64,000 nucleotides of DNA from Acidobacteriota bacterium (GTDB lineage Bacteria > Acidobacteriota > Vicinamibacteria > Vicinamibacterales > UBA2999). The notes beneath the pieces are model-generated. The model saw only the letters and a list, made by a program, of their open reading frames with translations. It ran no database searches and had not been told where the DNA came from. Position 1 is the first letter of the stretch, and every line of letters starts with the position of its first letter. Positions 1 to 8,772 of this stretch are shown here, piece by piece. Both the position numbers and the translations under genes were made by a program. The DNA lies in the NCBI GenBank assembly GCA_016871195.1, contig VFZN01000012.1, forward strand, positions 16,302 to 80,301, read 5' to 3'.

Positions 1-66
1 CAGTCGCACGTGTTCGGCGACTTCCTCAAGCGGCAGATCATCGGCGAACTGCGCATCACGTTCTAG
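1..66 (+). CDS. 3' end of a CDS entering from upstream, possibly an outer-membrane beta-barrel protein
   Basis: Frame 1 reads QSHVFGDFLKRQIIGELRITF*, an alternating hydrophobic C-terminus with terminal Phe (beta-signal-like). Only 21 codons are visible. Confidence 0.4.
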   Translation, partial: QSHVFGDFLKRQIIGELRITF

Positions 67-157
67 CGCAGCGCCACCATGTGTGTGTCGCCGGGGGCAG
101 GCCCAGTCGGGTCTGCCCCCGGTGTCGTTTCAGCCGGGCTCCGTTACAATGCCGTCG

Positions 158-1042
158 ATGAGTTCCGGTCAGCCACGGGTGTGGAACGGCGCGCGCCACC
201 TGACGATGTGTGTCGCGCTGGCGGCAGCGGCGGGGTGCGGGTCGTCGCCAACCGCGCCGACGCAGCCCCAGGTGCCCCAGACGCTTGCCCTTGTGGTGAC
301 CGGACCGACGGTCCCGGCGCTCACACCCCCTGCCTCCGGCACCGCCCTCGGCGTCACACGGTTTCTCGCGTTCGGGGACAGCATCACCTGTGGCACCGAG
401 TCCGCGCCGGTGGCGCAGCCTTTTCTTGAAGCCGTGAACTGCACGCCCTCCAACGGGTATCCCGAGCGCCTGCTCGGATTACTGCGTGCGACGGTCCCTG
501 CGGTACAGCAGTCGGGTCTGCAGGTCATCAACCGGGGAAGTGGCGGCGAGGGTGCCGTGCTGCAGGGCGAAGCCCGACTCCGGCGCGACCTCGCCGAACT
601 GATGGCTGGTCCTGTCGACGCTCGGCCACAGGCACTGCTCCTGCTGATGGGCGTCAACGATCTGGCGTCGACGACCGCCACGCCGGCCCGGGTGGCGTCG
701 TCCGTGGCGTCGATGGCCGACATCGGGCGCGCATACGGACTCGGGGTGATTGTCGCGACCATGCCCCAGACCTACCCGGGGCTGTCGCCGGCCGGCATCC
801 CCCGCGACAACGCATCGACCCGCATCGTGCCCTTCAACGCGGAACTCACGCGGTTGGTGACCGGCGTGCCCGACGTGTCGCTCCTCGACGTCTACGAAGG
901 CTTCGGCGGCACGGCGGCGCAACGGCTCGGCCTGATGGGCGTGGATGGGCTCCATCCGACCCCGATGGGACACGAACGGATGGCCGAGCTGTTTCTGACC
1001 GAGATTGTCCGTCGCTTTCCCGTGCGGGGCACCCTTCAGTAG
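158..1042 (+). CDS. SGNH/GDSL hydrolase, probable lipoprotein
   Basis: Block motifs FGDSIT, GVND and DGLHP; lipobox-like AAAGC. Start chosen at ATG158, 7 nt after TACAAT. Confidence 0.85.
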   Translation: MSSGQPRVWNGARHLTMCVALAAAAGCGSSPTAPTQPQVPQTLALVVTGPTVPALTPPASGTALGVTRFLAFGDSITCGTESAPVAQPFLEAVNCTPSNGYPERLLGLLRATVPAVQQSGLQVINRGSGGEGAVLQGEARLRRDLAELMAGPVDARPQALLLLMGVNDLASTTATPARVASSVASMADIGRAYGLGVIVATMPQTYPGLSPAGIPRDNASTRIVPFNAELTRLVTGVPDVSLLDVYEGFGGTAAQRLGLMGVDGLHPTPMGHERMAELFLTEIVRRFPVRGTLQ

Positions 1043-1809
1043 CGGCGATCGCCCGCGGGCGTCGGTGTACACCACGCGGTGCGGACATTGACCTGCGTCG
1101 GGGTCAGGCCGGCCGACTCGCCGAGGGCACGCGTCAGTTCGGGTGGCATGACCTGCAGTTTCCATTCATCGAGGCGCGGCGCAGGCAGCGTGGCCGTCCA
1201 CTGGAGCCACCACGGCGCCGCTGAGCGGGCCAGCGGCTCGATCACCAGCACCGACGAGCCGTGCCGCACCGACTCTGTGAGCGCACGCCCCAGGTGTTCG
1301 CGGTCGACATCGGTCAGTTCATTCGCGACATACCCGCAGACGACAAGCGACGGTCGTAACGGCCGGCGCAGCCGGGCAGCGCTCGCGCGCGTGACCGTGC
1401 CCTGCAGGCCGAGGACGGCGTAGGTGTGGCGCGCCTCGGTCAGCGCCCACGGGTGCACGTCGAGTCCATGCACCGCGGTCGACTGCAGGGCCAGCGCCGC
1501 ACCCGCGCCGACCGCGCCGGTCCCGCATCCCACGTCCACGATCGGCCAGCCCGCGCAGACAGACGCTGCATCGAGGGCCTCGAGAATCTGCAGCGTGGCC
1601 AGCAGGTGCAGCGGACCGTAGTAGAGGGCGAACGCCGCCCGTTTGCCAGCGCCGTCGAGCACGCGGCCCCCGGCCAGCGCCGTGGCCCGGCGTTCCACGT
1701 ACGACGACGACACCGCGCGAAGTCCCCGCGCGACCTCGCGGTGAGTCAGCGACGACAGGTGGCGTGCCTCGAGGTCATCGAGCCACAGCGTCAGATTGGG
1801 AGGCGACAC
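1036..1809 (-). CDS. Class I SAM-dependent methyltransferase (Rsm22-like)
   Basis: VDVGCGTG motif I, AFALYYGP, YVANEL and LVIEP. Start trimmed to GTG1809 so it does not overlap tRNA-His. Confidence 0.75.
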   Translation of the reverse strand: MSPPNLTLWLDDLEARHLSSLTHREVARGLRAVSSSYVERRATALAGGRVLDGAGKRAAFALYYGPLHLLATLQILEALDAASVCAGWPIVDVGCGTGAVGAGAALALQSTAVHGLDVHPWALTEARHTYAVLGLQGTVTRASAARLRRPLRPSLVVCGYVANELTDVDREHLGRALTESVRHGSSVLVIEPLARSAAPWWLQWTATLPAPRLDEWKLQVMPPELTRALGESAGLTPTQVNVRTAWCTPTPAGDRRY

Positions 1810-1836
1810 GGAAGCCACGCGCGGCTGCAGGAAGTG

Positions 1837-1912
1837 TGGGGTGAGTGACGGGGATCGAACCCGCGACAGCCGGATCCACAATCCGGAGCTCTACCACTGA
1901 GCTACACTCACC
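1837..1912 (-). tRNA. tRNA-His (GUG)
   Basis: Cloverleaf with G-1, GTGAGTG/CACTCAC acceptor stem, anticodon arm CCGGA-TTGTGGA-TCCGG, TTCGATC T-loop and encoded CCA. Confidence 0.97.
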
Positions 1913-1931
1913 ATCCGTCGTGGAAGTTTCG

Positions 1932-1941
1932 ATTCTAGCAT
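1932..1941 (-). promoter_or_regulatory. Putative extended -10 promoter (TGcTAGAAT) for tRNA-His
   Basis: The minus strand reads atgctagaatc about 20 nt upstream of the tRNA 5' end. Confidence 0.5.
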
Positions 1942-2665
1942 GATCCCCCTGCTGCCTCCGGGGGCGCCGTTTCCGCCTGTCGACCGCGCATTGCACCAGC
2001 CCGATGGCCTGCTCGCTGCCGGCGGCGACCTGTCCGTGGACACGCTGCTGCGCGCCTATCGGCACGGCATTTTCCCCTGGTTCAGTGACGACGACCCCAT
2101 CTTGTGGTGGGCTCCGACACGGCGGATGGTGCTGCCAACGGACGAGTTCCATGTCAGCCGCACGCTCCGGCAGGTGCTCCGCCGCGGCACCTTCACCGTC
2201 ACCCTCGATCACGCCTTTGACGATGTGCTGCGTGGATGCGCGGACCCACGGGCGGGGCAGGACGGCACCTGGCTGAGCGATGACATGCAAACGGCGTATC
2301 GCGCACTCAAGGCCGCCGGCCACGCCCATTCCGTCGATGTGTGGTGCGACGGCACACTGGCAGGCGGACTCTATGTGGTCTCGGTCGGCCACCTGGTGTG
2401 TGGCGAGTCGATGTTCAGCCGCCGGACCAACGCCTCGAAGGTGGCCCTCGCGTGGCTGGCGGCCCAGTGCCGTCGCTGGGATGTGCCCTTCATCGACTGT
2501 CAGTTGCACACGGACCATCTGGCCTCGCTCGGTGCTCGCCTCGTGAGCCGGGCCACCTTCAGCCAGTGGGTGGCCGCCCTGGCCACCCGGCGCGGCCCGC
2601 ATCCGTGGCGCTTCGATGCCGACCTCGACCCGGTCGCAGAGCTCGGGGCATCCCCGCTACACTGA
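1940..2665 (+). CDS. aat: Leucyl/phenylalanyl-tRNA--protein transferase
   Basis: DGLLAAGGDLS, AYRHGIFPW, GESMFS..NASKVAL and IDCQ motifs. Confidence 0.95.
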   Translation: MIPLLPPGAPFPPVDRALHQPDGLLAAGGDLSVDTLLRAYRHGIFPWFSDDDPILWWAPTRRMVLPTDEFHVSRTLRQVLRRGTFTVTLDHAFDDVLRGCADPRAGQDGTWLSDDMQTAYRALKAAGHAHSVDVWCDGTLAGGLYVVSVGHLVCGESMFSRRTNASKVALAWLAAQCRRWDVPFIDCQLHTDHLASLGARLVSRATFSQWVAALATRRGPHPWRFDADLDPVAELGASPLH

Positions 2666-2669
2666 AAGG

Positions 2670-2996
2670 GTGCCCAGTCCGTCCGTGCTGAACCAGGTCC
2701 GCGAAGACGTGCGCGAACACCAGCGCACCGAGACGCCGCGGCTCTGGCGCGTGCTGCTGCACAACGACGATTTTACGACCCAGGAGTTTGTCGTCTGGGT
2801 GCTGCAGGAGGTGTTCCACCGCAGCCAGGCTGAGGCCCACGCCATCATGATGCACGTGCATACTGCCGGCGTCGGCGTGGCCGGGACCTACACGCGCGAC
2901 GTGGCCGAAACGCGCCAGCGCCAGACGCTGAAGCTCGCCGAGCAGGAGCAGTATCCCCTGCAGGTCAGCATCGAACCAGAAGGGGTGCCGTCATGA
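2670..2996 (+). CDS. clpS: ATP-dependent Clp protease adaptor ClpS
   Basis: VLLHNDDFTTQEFVV and IMMHVH..G.GVAG.Y; directly upstream of clpA. Confidence 0.95.
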   Translation: MPSPSVLNQVREDVREHQRTETPRLWRVLLHNDDFTTQEFVVWVLQEVFHRSQAEAHAIMMHVHTAGVGVAGTYTRDVAETRQRQTLKLAEQEQYPLQVSIEPEGVPS

Positions 2997-5242
2997 GCCG
3001 ACAGCCTGTGCCGTTCGCGCCGGAAGCGCTTGAGTCGATCAGGCGGGCCTTCCACATGGCCGCAGACCGTCGCCACGACCTGGTCAGCCTCGAGCACCTG
3101 CTGCGCGCCCTGATCGATGACCCGTCTGCCAGCCAGGTGCTGCGCGACTGCGGGGCGCAACTGCCCGACCTCGCCGCCTCCCTCGACGAGGTGCTGGCCA
3201 GCGTGTTCGCACCGATGCCGGGTCGCAAGCCCGTCAAGCCCGAGTCAACCGTCGGCTTCGATCGTGTGGTCGAGCGCGCCGTCGTCCACGCGGCCTCGTC
3301 GTCGGCGTCGCAGGTCGAGAGCGGAGCCCTGCTCGTGTTTCTGCTTCAGGAGACCGACAGCCATGCCGCGTACTTCCTCGGGCAGCAGGGGGTGGACCGG
3401 CTGACGCTGCTGCGGGTGCTGAGCGGACAGGCGCCGGACGGCCGGCACCGGGTAGGCTCCGATGACGAGGGCGAACCGTCGGGCAGCATGCAACCCCTCG
3501 AGGCCTATGCCACCGACCTGGCCGCGCGCGCCGCCGCCGGACAGATTGATCCGCTGATAGGTCGGGACGCCGAGCTCGACCGCATGGTGCATGTGCTCAG
3601 TCGGCGGCGGAAGAACAATCCGCTGCTGGTCGGCGAGCCGGGCGTCGGCAAGACGGCGCTGGCCGAGGGCCTGGCGCTGCGCATTCATGAAGGCCGGGTA
3701 CCGGCGTCGCTCCAGGATGCCCACCTCTACGCACTCGACCTCGGGGCGCTGGTGGCGGGCACGCGGTATCGAGGCGATTTCGAAGAGCGCATCAAGCAGG
3801 TGCTCGATGCGTTGAAGGCCCAGCCGCACGCCATCCTGTTCATTGATGAGATTCACACGCTGGTCGGTGCCGGGTCGGCGTCGGGTGGGACGATGGACGC
3901 CGGCAACCTGCTGAAGCCGGCGCTCGCCTCAGGCGTGCTGCGGTGCATCGGCTCGACGACGTTCAGTGATGTGAAGCAGTCGTTCGACAAGGACCGCGCG
4001 CTGTCGCGTCGCTTCCAGAAGATCGATGTGCTCGAGCCGTCCGAGGCCGAGGCCCTGGCCATTCTGCGGGGGCTGGCGGCATCCTACGAGTCGCACCATC
4101 AGGTGACCTATGCCGATGACGCGCTGCTGGCCGCCGTGACGCTGTCGGCCCGGCACTTGCGCGACCTGCAACTGCCGGACAAAGCCATTGATGTGATGGA
4201 CGAGGCCGGAGCGGCGGTGCGCCTGGCCCCGCCGACCGGCGAGGGCCGGCCGACCGTGACCGTGGCCGATGTCGAGCGCGTGGTCTCGCGGATGGCACGC
4301 GTGCCGGTGCAGGCCGTGTCGTCAGACGACCGGGCGTCGCTGCGTCGGCTCGATGGCGACCTGAAGGCGGTCATCTTCGGCCAGGACCAGGCCATCGACG
4401 AGGTGACGGCAGCGATTCGCCTGGCGCGGTCGGGCCTGCGCGCGGCTGACCGGACGATTGGCAGCTTCCTGTTTGCGGGGCCCACGGGTGTGGGCAAGAC
4501 CGAGCTGGCGCGGCAACTGGCTCGGTTGCTCGGGGTCGAGTTCCTTCGCTTCGACATGTCTGAGTACATGGAGAAGCATGCGGTGGCCCGCCTCATCGGG
4601 GCGCCACCCGGCTACGTCGGTTACGAGGAGGGCGGCCTGCTGATTGACGCCGTCCGCAAGGCGCCCCACGCGGTGCTCCTGCTCGACGAAATCGAGAAGG
4701 CGCACCCTGACCTGTTCGCGATTCTGCTGCAGGTGATGGACCATGCCACGCTCACCGACACCCATGGCCGCAAGGCCGACTTCCGCCATGTGGTGCTCAT
4801 CATGACGACGAATGCCGGTGCGCGTGACCTGTCGGGGCGCCGAATGGGATTTGTCGAGACGGTGGAAGGGACGAAGGCCACCGGGGCGCTCGATCGGCTG
4901 TTTGCGCCTGAATTCCGCAACCGGCTCGACGGCATCATGCATTTCAACGCGCTGGGCGCCCGCGAGAGTGCCCGCGTAGTCGACAAGCACCTCGCGGAGG
5001 TGACGCACCTGCTGGCAGCGCGCGACATCACGCTGGAGGTGACCAACGAGGCCCGCCGCTGGCTGGCCGCCAATGGGGTCGACCGCGCGTTCGGGGCGCG
5101 GCCGATGGCGCGGCTGATCGAACGGACGATTCGGAAGCCGCTGGCCGACCTGCTGCTCTTCGACGAGCCGTCGGCGTCGCGGGTGGTGCGGGTAGCCGTG
5201 GGCGAGGGTGGCCTGACGGTGCAGTGGGCCCCGACAGCCTGA
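2993..5242 (+). CDS. clpA: ATP-dependent Clp protease ATP-binding subunit ClpA
   Basis: N-domain LEHLL, two AAA modules ([16 protein letters not shown]), no ClpB coiled coil, GF loop; ATGA overlap with clpS. Confidence 0.95.
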   Translation: MSRQPVPFAPEALESIRRAFHMAADRRHDLVSLEHLLRALIDDPSASQVLRDCGAQLPDLAASLDEVLASVFAPMPGRKPVKPESTVGFDRVVERAVVHAASSSASQVESGALLVFLLQETDSHAAYFLGQQGVDRLTLLRVLSGQAPDGRHRVGSDDEGEPSGSMQPLEAYATDLAARAAAGQIDPLIGRDAELDRMVHVLSRRRKNNPLLVGEPGVGKTALAEGLALRIHEGRVPASLQDAHLYALDLGALVAGTRYRGDFEERIKQVLDALKAQPHAILFIDEIHTLVGAGSASGGTMDAGNLLKPALASGVLRCIGSTTFSDVKQSFDKDRALSRRFQKIDVLEPSEAEALAILRGLAASYESHHQVTYADDALLAAVTLSARHLRDLQLPDKAIDVMDEAGAAVRLAPPTGEGRPTVTVADVERVVSRMARVPVQAVSSDDRASLRRLDGDLKAVIFGQDQAIDEVTAAIRLARSGLRAADRTIGSFLFAGPTGVGKTELARQLARLLGVEFLRFDMSEYMEKHAVARLIGAPPGYVGYEEGGLLIDAVRKAPHAVLLLDEIEKAHPDLFAILLQVMDHATLTDTHGRKADFRHVVLIMTTNAGARDLSGRRMGFVETVEGTKATGALDRLFAPEFRNRLDGIMHFNALGARESARVVDKHLAEVTHLLAARDITLEVTNEARRWLAANGVDRAFGARPMARLIERTIRKPLADLLLFDEPSASRVVRVAVGEGGLTVQWAPTA

Positions 5243-5267
5243 CGGTGCCCCGAGTACAATCAGTCGT

Positions 5268-5474
5268 ATGGAACTGGCCCGCGAGCGCTTCCTCGATCCT
5301 TCCCGCGATTACCATCTCACGCTGGTGCTGCGCAGTCGGACCACGCCCATGCACAGCGTGCTGACGGCGTTGACGCCTGAGGAGAAGGCCCGTGTGGCGG
5401 AGATCCTGTCGACGGCGTTTTCCGAGATTGAAGCGGTGGTGCGGCCGCACCTGCCGACCCCTGCCGGAGAGTGA
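5268..5474 (+). CDS. Small hypothetical protein (68 aa)
   Basis: GC-rich coding-like codons; TACAAT 7 nt upstream of the ATG; fills the gap between clpA and tRNA-Arg. Confidence 0.6.
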   Translation: MELARERFLDPSRDYHLTLVLRSRTTPMHSVLTALTPEEKARVAEILSTAFSEIEAVVRPHLPTPAGE

Positions 5475-5494
5475 GAGACTGGCAGCGGTCATGC

Positions 5495-5571
5495 GCGCTC
5501 GTAGCTCAGTTGGATAGAGCACCAGCCTTCGAAGCTGGGGGTCACAGGTTCGAGCCCTGTCGAGCGCACCA
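5495..5571 (+). tRNA. tRNA-Arg (UCG)
   Basis: GCGCTCG/CGAGCGC acceptor stem, anticodon arm CCAGC-CTTCGAA-GCTGG, GTTCGAGC T-loop and CCA. Confidence 0.95.
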
Positions 5572-5611
5572 CCTCACACGCGGAACATCCTGATCCGGGG
5601 AGACCACCGAG

Positions 5612-5785
5612 ATACTGAGCGGATTCCAACAGTTCCTGATGCGCGGCAATGCCATCGATCTGGCCGTCGGCGTTATTATCGGGGCGGCATTTGGCGGGAT
5701 TGTCGATTCGCTGGTGAAAGACATCATTTCGCCGGTGCTGGGGTTGCTGGGCGGACAGCTGCTGCCTCATAGCAAGCCATCGTAG
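5612..5785 (+). pseudogene. mscL: Truncated mechanosensitive channel MscL (N-terminus and TM1 only)
   Basis: Translates [48 protein letters not shown], then diverges and stops. ATA sits at the expected start after GGAG; TM2 is absent. Confidence 0.85.
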
Positions 5786-7380
5786 GGGTAGAAGACAGTG
5801 AAATACGATGCGCTGAAGTTACCTTATCTCAACGAGCGAGCGGACGACCCCAAATGAACGCGGACGCGCTCGACGCGACAAGAATCGGTCTCCATCTTGA
5901 CGGAATGCGTGATCGCGTGTTCGCCCTGGGGACAGAACAGAGCTGGTCACTTGGTGAGTTCCTTTGCCGACAAGGTGAGCGTCAACGCGTGCTTCATGTC
6001 ATTCTGGAGGGTGAAGTCGCCTACCCGAGTGGCTGGTTTGGGCCAGGGGCCCACACAGGTGAGCTAGGCTTCTTACTGGATGTGCCCCGCACCGCCGACG
6101 TCGCAGCTCGCACTCCTGTCGTTAGCTGGAGCGTCGATGCGGACGCTATGCAGCGCGACCCAGCCGCAGCAGCGATACTCGTAGCAGCGCTCGTGCGGGA
6201 GTTGCCGAGCAGACTTCGAAAGTTCCGTGCGGCCGGCTCGCCCCCGGAGGACTTCTGTAACGCGACACATCCCTCCATCCGTGCGCTGGCGGGGGTGCTG
6301 ACTCGTCAAAGCCACGCTGCAACCGCCGAGGCCATCTGGTCCTTCGTCCGTGAGTTGCCCTATCGCTTTGGTCCTTGGTGGATCAGCGCCTCCGAAACGC
6401 TTCGGCTTGGCCATGGCATGTGCACGACGAAGAGCAACCTCGAGGTCGCACTATTTCGTGCTGCCGGGCTTGAGGCTGGCTTCGTGGAACTTCAGGGAGA
6501 CTCTTCGCTCGTGTTGCCACTGCTACCTTCAGCATGGCGGCCTCGCGTTCAGCAGACAGTGCGGCACTACATGGGCGCAGTTCGTCTTTCGGGGAGATGG
6601 CATGTAGCCGAGTGCTCCTTCACCGACCCATGTTTGCTGGAGCTTGCGAAGAGGTGGCCGGCGTTGAATGGTGTAATCCCTTGCAGATTTGGGGAGGACG
6701 TGCCGTTTCATCCGATGGCACATATCTACGGCAACGACCCATTTGACGTGGACGTCTACCCTGAGCTGAGCGCTGCCATGGCCCGTCGCAGCAGCTTTGA
6801 TCTCGATCAGATGGAACTGCTCAACATTGTGAATGATACACTCCAGCCTTGGATCTTCGATGAGCCCGCTTGGCTGTTGCGCGCACGGGCACTGCTTGAT
6901 AAGAGGCCGCATGAGGCTCTTAAGGTTGCAATCGCTGCGGCAGTCGTGCTTGCTGGTGAACTCCATGGCCACCTTCAGGAGCCTGTATGAACTGCCTTGG
7001 TTGGCAGCAGTTCTACCCAGCGTCACTGACCTTACCCCGTATTGGAATTAGGGTAAGTGAGAGAATTCCGTCTGGGTTTTGCACTCGTTAATGCTGTGAT
7101 CCGTAGCAAAAGACGATAGGCGGGATGAACGGGGTCGCGGGGGCAACAGAACCGGGGTTATCGGACCTTGCCGTCTGGATTCGCCGAAGATTTGCCCCCG
7201 GCCACAGCAGATGACGGAATCGCGCCCATCCGCAGTGGCGTTACAGCAAGCTGGGCCACTGTCGCCGCGATTACGGCAAATTGAAAGCGCGCCTGACTCA
7301 AGGGGTGCAGCCGGCCGAAGCCGACAGCGCTAAACGCCCGTAACCGGCGAGGCGTGGCCATGCCGGCGGCGTGACGTGGA
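5760..7380. mobile_element. Small lower-GC islet between convergent tRNA-Arg genes; no integrase seen
   Basis: Visible shift to more A/T-ending codons starting where mscL homology breaks; lies downstream of both tRNA 3' ends. Boundaries are approximate. Confidence 0.5.
5854..6990 (+). CDS. Cyclic-nucleotide-binding domain fused to a transglutaminase-like domain
   Basis: N-terminal GEFLCRQGE..LHVILEGEV and phosphate-binding cassette GELGFLLDVPRTADV. C-terminal IWSFVRELPYRFG..ASETL..G.GMCTTKSNL.VALFRAAG, then H and GRWHVAE. Confidence 0.75.
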   Translation: MNADALDATRIGLHLDGMRDRVFALGTEQSWSLGEFLCRQGERQRVLHVILEGEVAYPSGWFGPGAHTGELGFLLDVPRTADVAARTPVVSWSVDADAMQRDPAAAAILVAALVRELPSRLRKFRAAGSPPEDFCNATHPSIRALAGVLTRQSHAATAEAIWSFVRELPYRFGPWWISASETLRLGHGMCTTKSNLEVALFRAAGLEAGFVELQGDSSLVLPLLPSAWRPRVQQTVRHYMGAVRLSGRWHVAECSFTDPCLLELAKRWPALNGVIPCRFGEDVPFHPMAHIYGNDPFDVDVYPELSAAMARRSSFDLDQMELLNIVNDTLQPWIFDEPAWLLRARALLDKRPHEALKVAIAAAVVLAGELHGHLQEPV

Positions 7381-7418
7381 AAACGGCCGGCGTTGCAAAC
7401 CCGTTGCAATCGCCGGCC
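7378..7418 (-). terminator. Putative intrinsic terminator after tRNA-Arg(UCU)
   Basis: GGCCGGCG-TTGCAA..TTGCAA-T-CGCCGGCC hairpin followed by GTTTT on the minus strand, just 3' of the tRNA. Confidence 0.6.
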
Positions 7419-7425
7419 TGAAATG

Positions 7426-7502
7426 TGGCGCGCCCGGCAGGAATCGAACCTGCGACCCCCGGCTTAGAAGGCCGGTGCTCTATCCACCTGAGCTACGGGC
7501 GC
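7426..7502 (-). tRNA. tRNA-Arg (UCU)
   Basis: GCGCCCG/CGGGCGC acceptor stem, anticodon arm CCGGC-CTTCTAA-GCCGG and CCA. Confidence 0.96.
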
Positions 7503-7550
7503 TCGTGAGTGAAATGGTAACCCGAGCCCGACCCGCACGTCCCGGTCAGG

Positions 7551-8072
7551 CTAGTGGCGACCGGGCTGCGCCGACAGCCACGCCAGCACGCGGGCGTAGA
7601 CGGGACGCTTGAACGGAACGATGGCGTTAAGGACCTCATCCGAGCCCGCCCACCGCCAGTCATCAAACTCACGCGAGTGACCGGGTGCAGTGTCGAGGGA
7701 GACTTCGGAATCGTGGCCGTGAAAGTCGAGCAGAAACCACTGCTGGCGCTGACCGCGGAAGCGTCCGCCCCAGGCCTTGCCGATCAGCGCCGGCGGCACA
7801 TCGTAGGTCAGCCACTCCTCAACGGCAGCCGTGACGGTGACGCTCACGATGCCGGTTTCTTCACGCACCTCACGCACCACGGCCACGTGTGGGTCTTCCC
7901 CGGCATCGATGCCGCCCTGGGGCATCTGCCACCATCGTCCCGTGCCTTCCGCATCGTGCTCGGCGTCGGCTCGGCGGCCGATCCAGATGCGCCCCTGCCC
8001 ATTGCGGATGACGGCACCGACGCACGGCCGGTAGGCCGTGGGTGCAGGGGGCGTCCTCGGTGGCATGGACAT
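7551..8072 (-). CDS. rppH: RNA pyrophosphohydrolase (Nudix)
   Basis: YRPCVG, WQMPQGGID.GE...REVREETG Nudix box, RGQRQQWF, EFDDWRW and IVPFKR.VY. Confidence 0.92.
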   Translation of the reverse strand: MSMPPRTPPAPTAYRPCVGAVIRNGQGRIWIGRRADAEHDAEGTGRWWQMPQGGIDAGEDPHVAVVREVREETGIVSVTVTAAVEEWLTYDVPPALIGKAWGGRFRGQRQQWFLLDFHGHDSEVSLDTAPGHSREFDDWRWAGSDEVLNAIVPFKRPVYARVLAWLSAQPGRH

Positions 8073-8085
8073 CACGTCGCCCCGA

Positions 8086-8772
8086 TCAGTATCGGAAGAC
8101 CAGCCCGATGCTGCCGCGCCAGTACCGGACGCGGGGGCCATCGAGCGCCAGCGCGTCATCACCGCGGCCCAGGCTGCGGAACTGCCTGACGTCGAACCGC
8201 AGCCCGAATGCGTTCGAGACGAAGCCGGTGGCACCGCCACCGACGGCGACGACCGGCATCGTCGACAGCACCGAAAATACGCCGGTGAGGTCGCGTGCCC
8301 TGGCCCTGAGGGCACCGCCGCCGACAATCAGGTACGGTCGCAGCGATTCCCGCGTGATGCGCACCGGCAGCGTGGCGACGGCACTGGCCGTCAGGGTGGT
8401 GACATAGCTACCTGGCAGGACGATTTCGCGCTGGCCGCGTTCGAAGAAGCCGGGGGCATGCCCCAGGTCGGCTTCCAGGCCCACCCATCCGTCGCTCAGT
8501 CGGACGGCACTGACACCGAGCACGCTGGCGCTCTCGCGCGAACCGCCTTCGAGATCGGCCAGCAACGCGCTGCTGCCCCCGAACGTCGCGCCAAAGTAGG
8601 GCACCACGTGAAGCTGCTGGGCCGCGGCCCGTACCGGGCCTGCGGCAAGAGCGAACAGCAGGCCGCTGATCCGGGCCAGCCTGAGGCAGGTGGTGCGCGA
8701 CTGGACGTGCACGTCAGGAGACAAACAGCCGGAGGAAGATCCGCACGAACGGTGAGGTGCTGACATCTCCAC
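8086..8772 (-). CDS. Small outer-membrane beta-barrel protein
   Basis: Signal-like segment, amphipathic strands (RPYLIVGGG, FGLRFDVRQF), C-terminal GLVFRY. True start is likely downstream of 8772. Confidence 0.7.
   Translation of the reverse strand: MEMSAPHRSCGSSSGCLSPDVHVQSRTTCLRLARISGLLFALAAGPVRAAAQQLHVVPYFGATFGGSSALLADLEGGSRESASVLGVSAVRLSDGWVGLEADLGHAPGFFERGQREIVLPGSYVTTLTASAVATLPVRITRESLRPYLIVGGGALRARARDLTGVFSVLSTMPVVAVGGGATGFVSNAFGLRFDVRQFRSLGRGDDALALDGPRVRYWRGSIGLVFRY

Noticed and set aside
7158-7409. 83-aa minus-strand ORF in the islet
   Set aside because: Its start lies within the tRNA terminator, it has no recognisable motif, and it cannot be supported as a gene.
7391-7411. CGTTGCAA direct repeat as integrase arm sites
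   Set aside because: Better explained as part of the terminator hairpin after tRNA-Arg(UCU); no integrase or att duplication seen.
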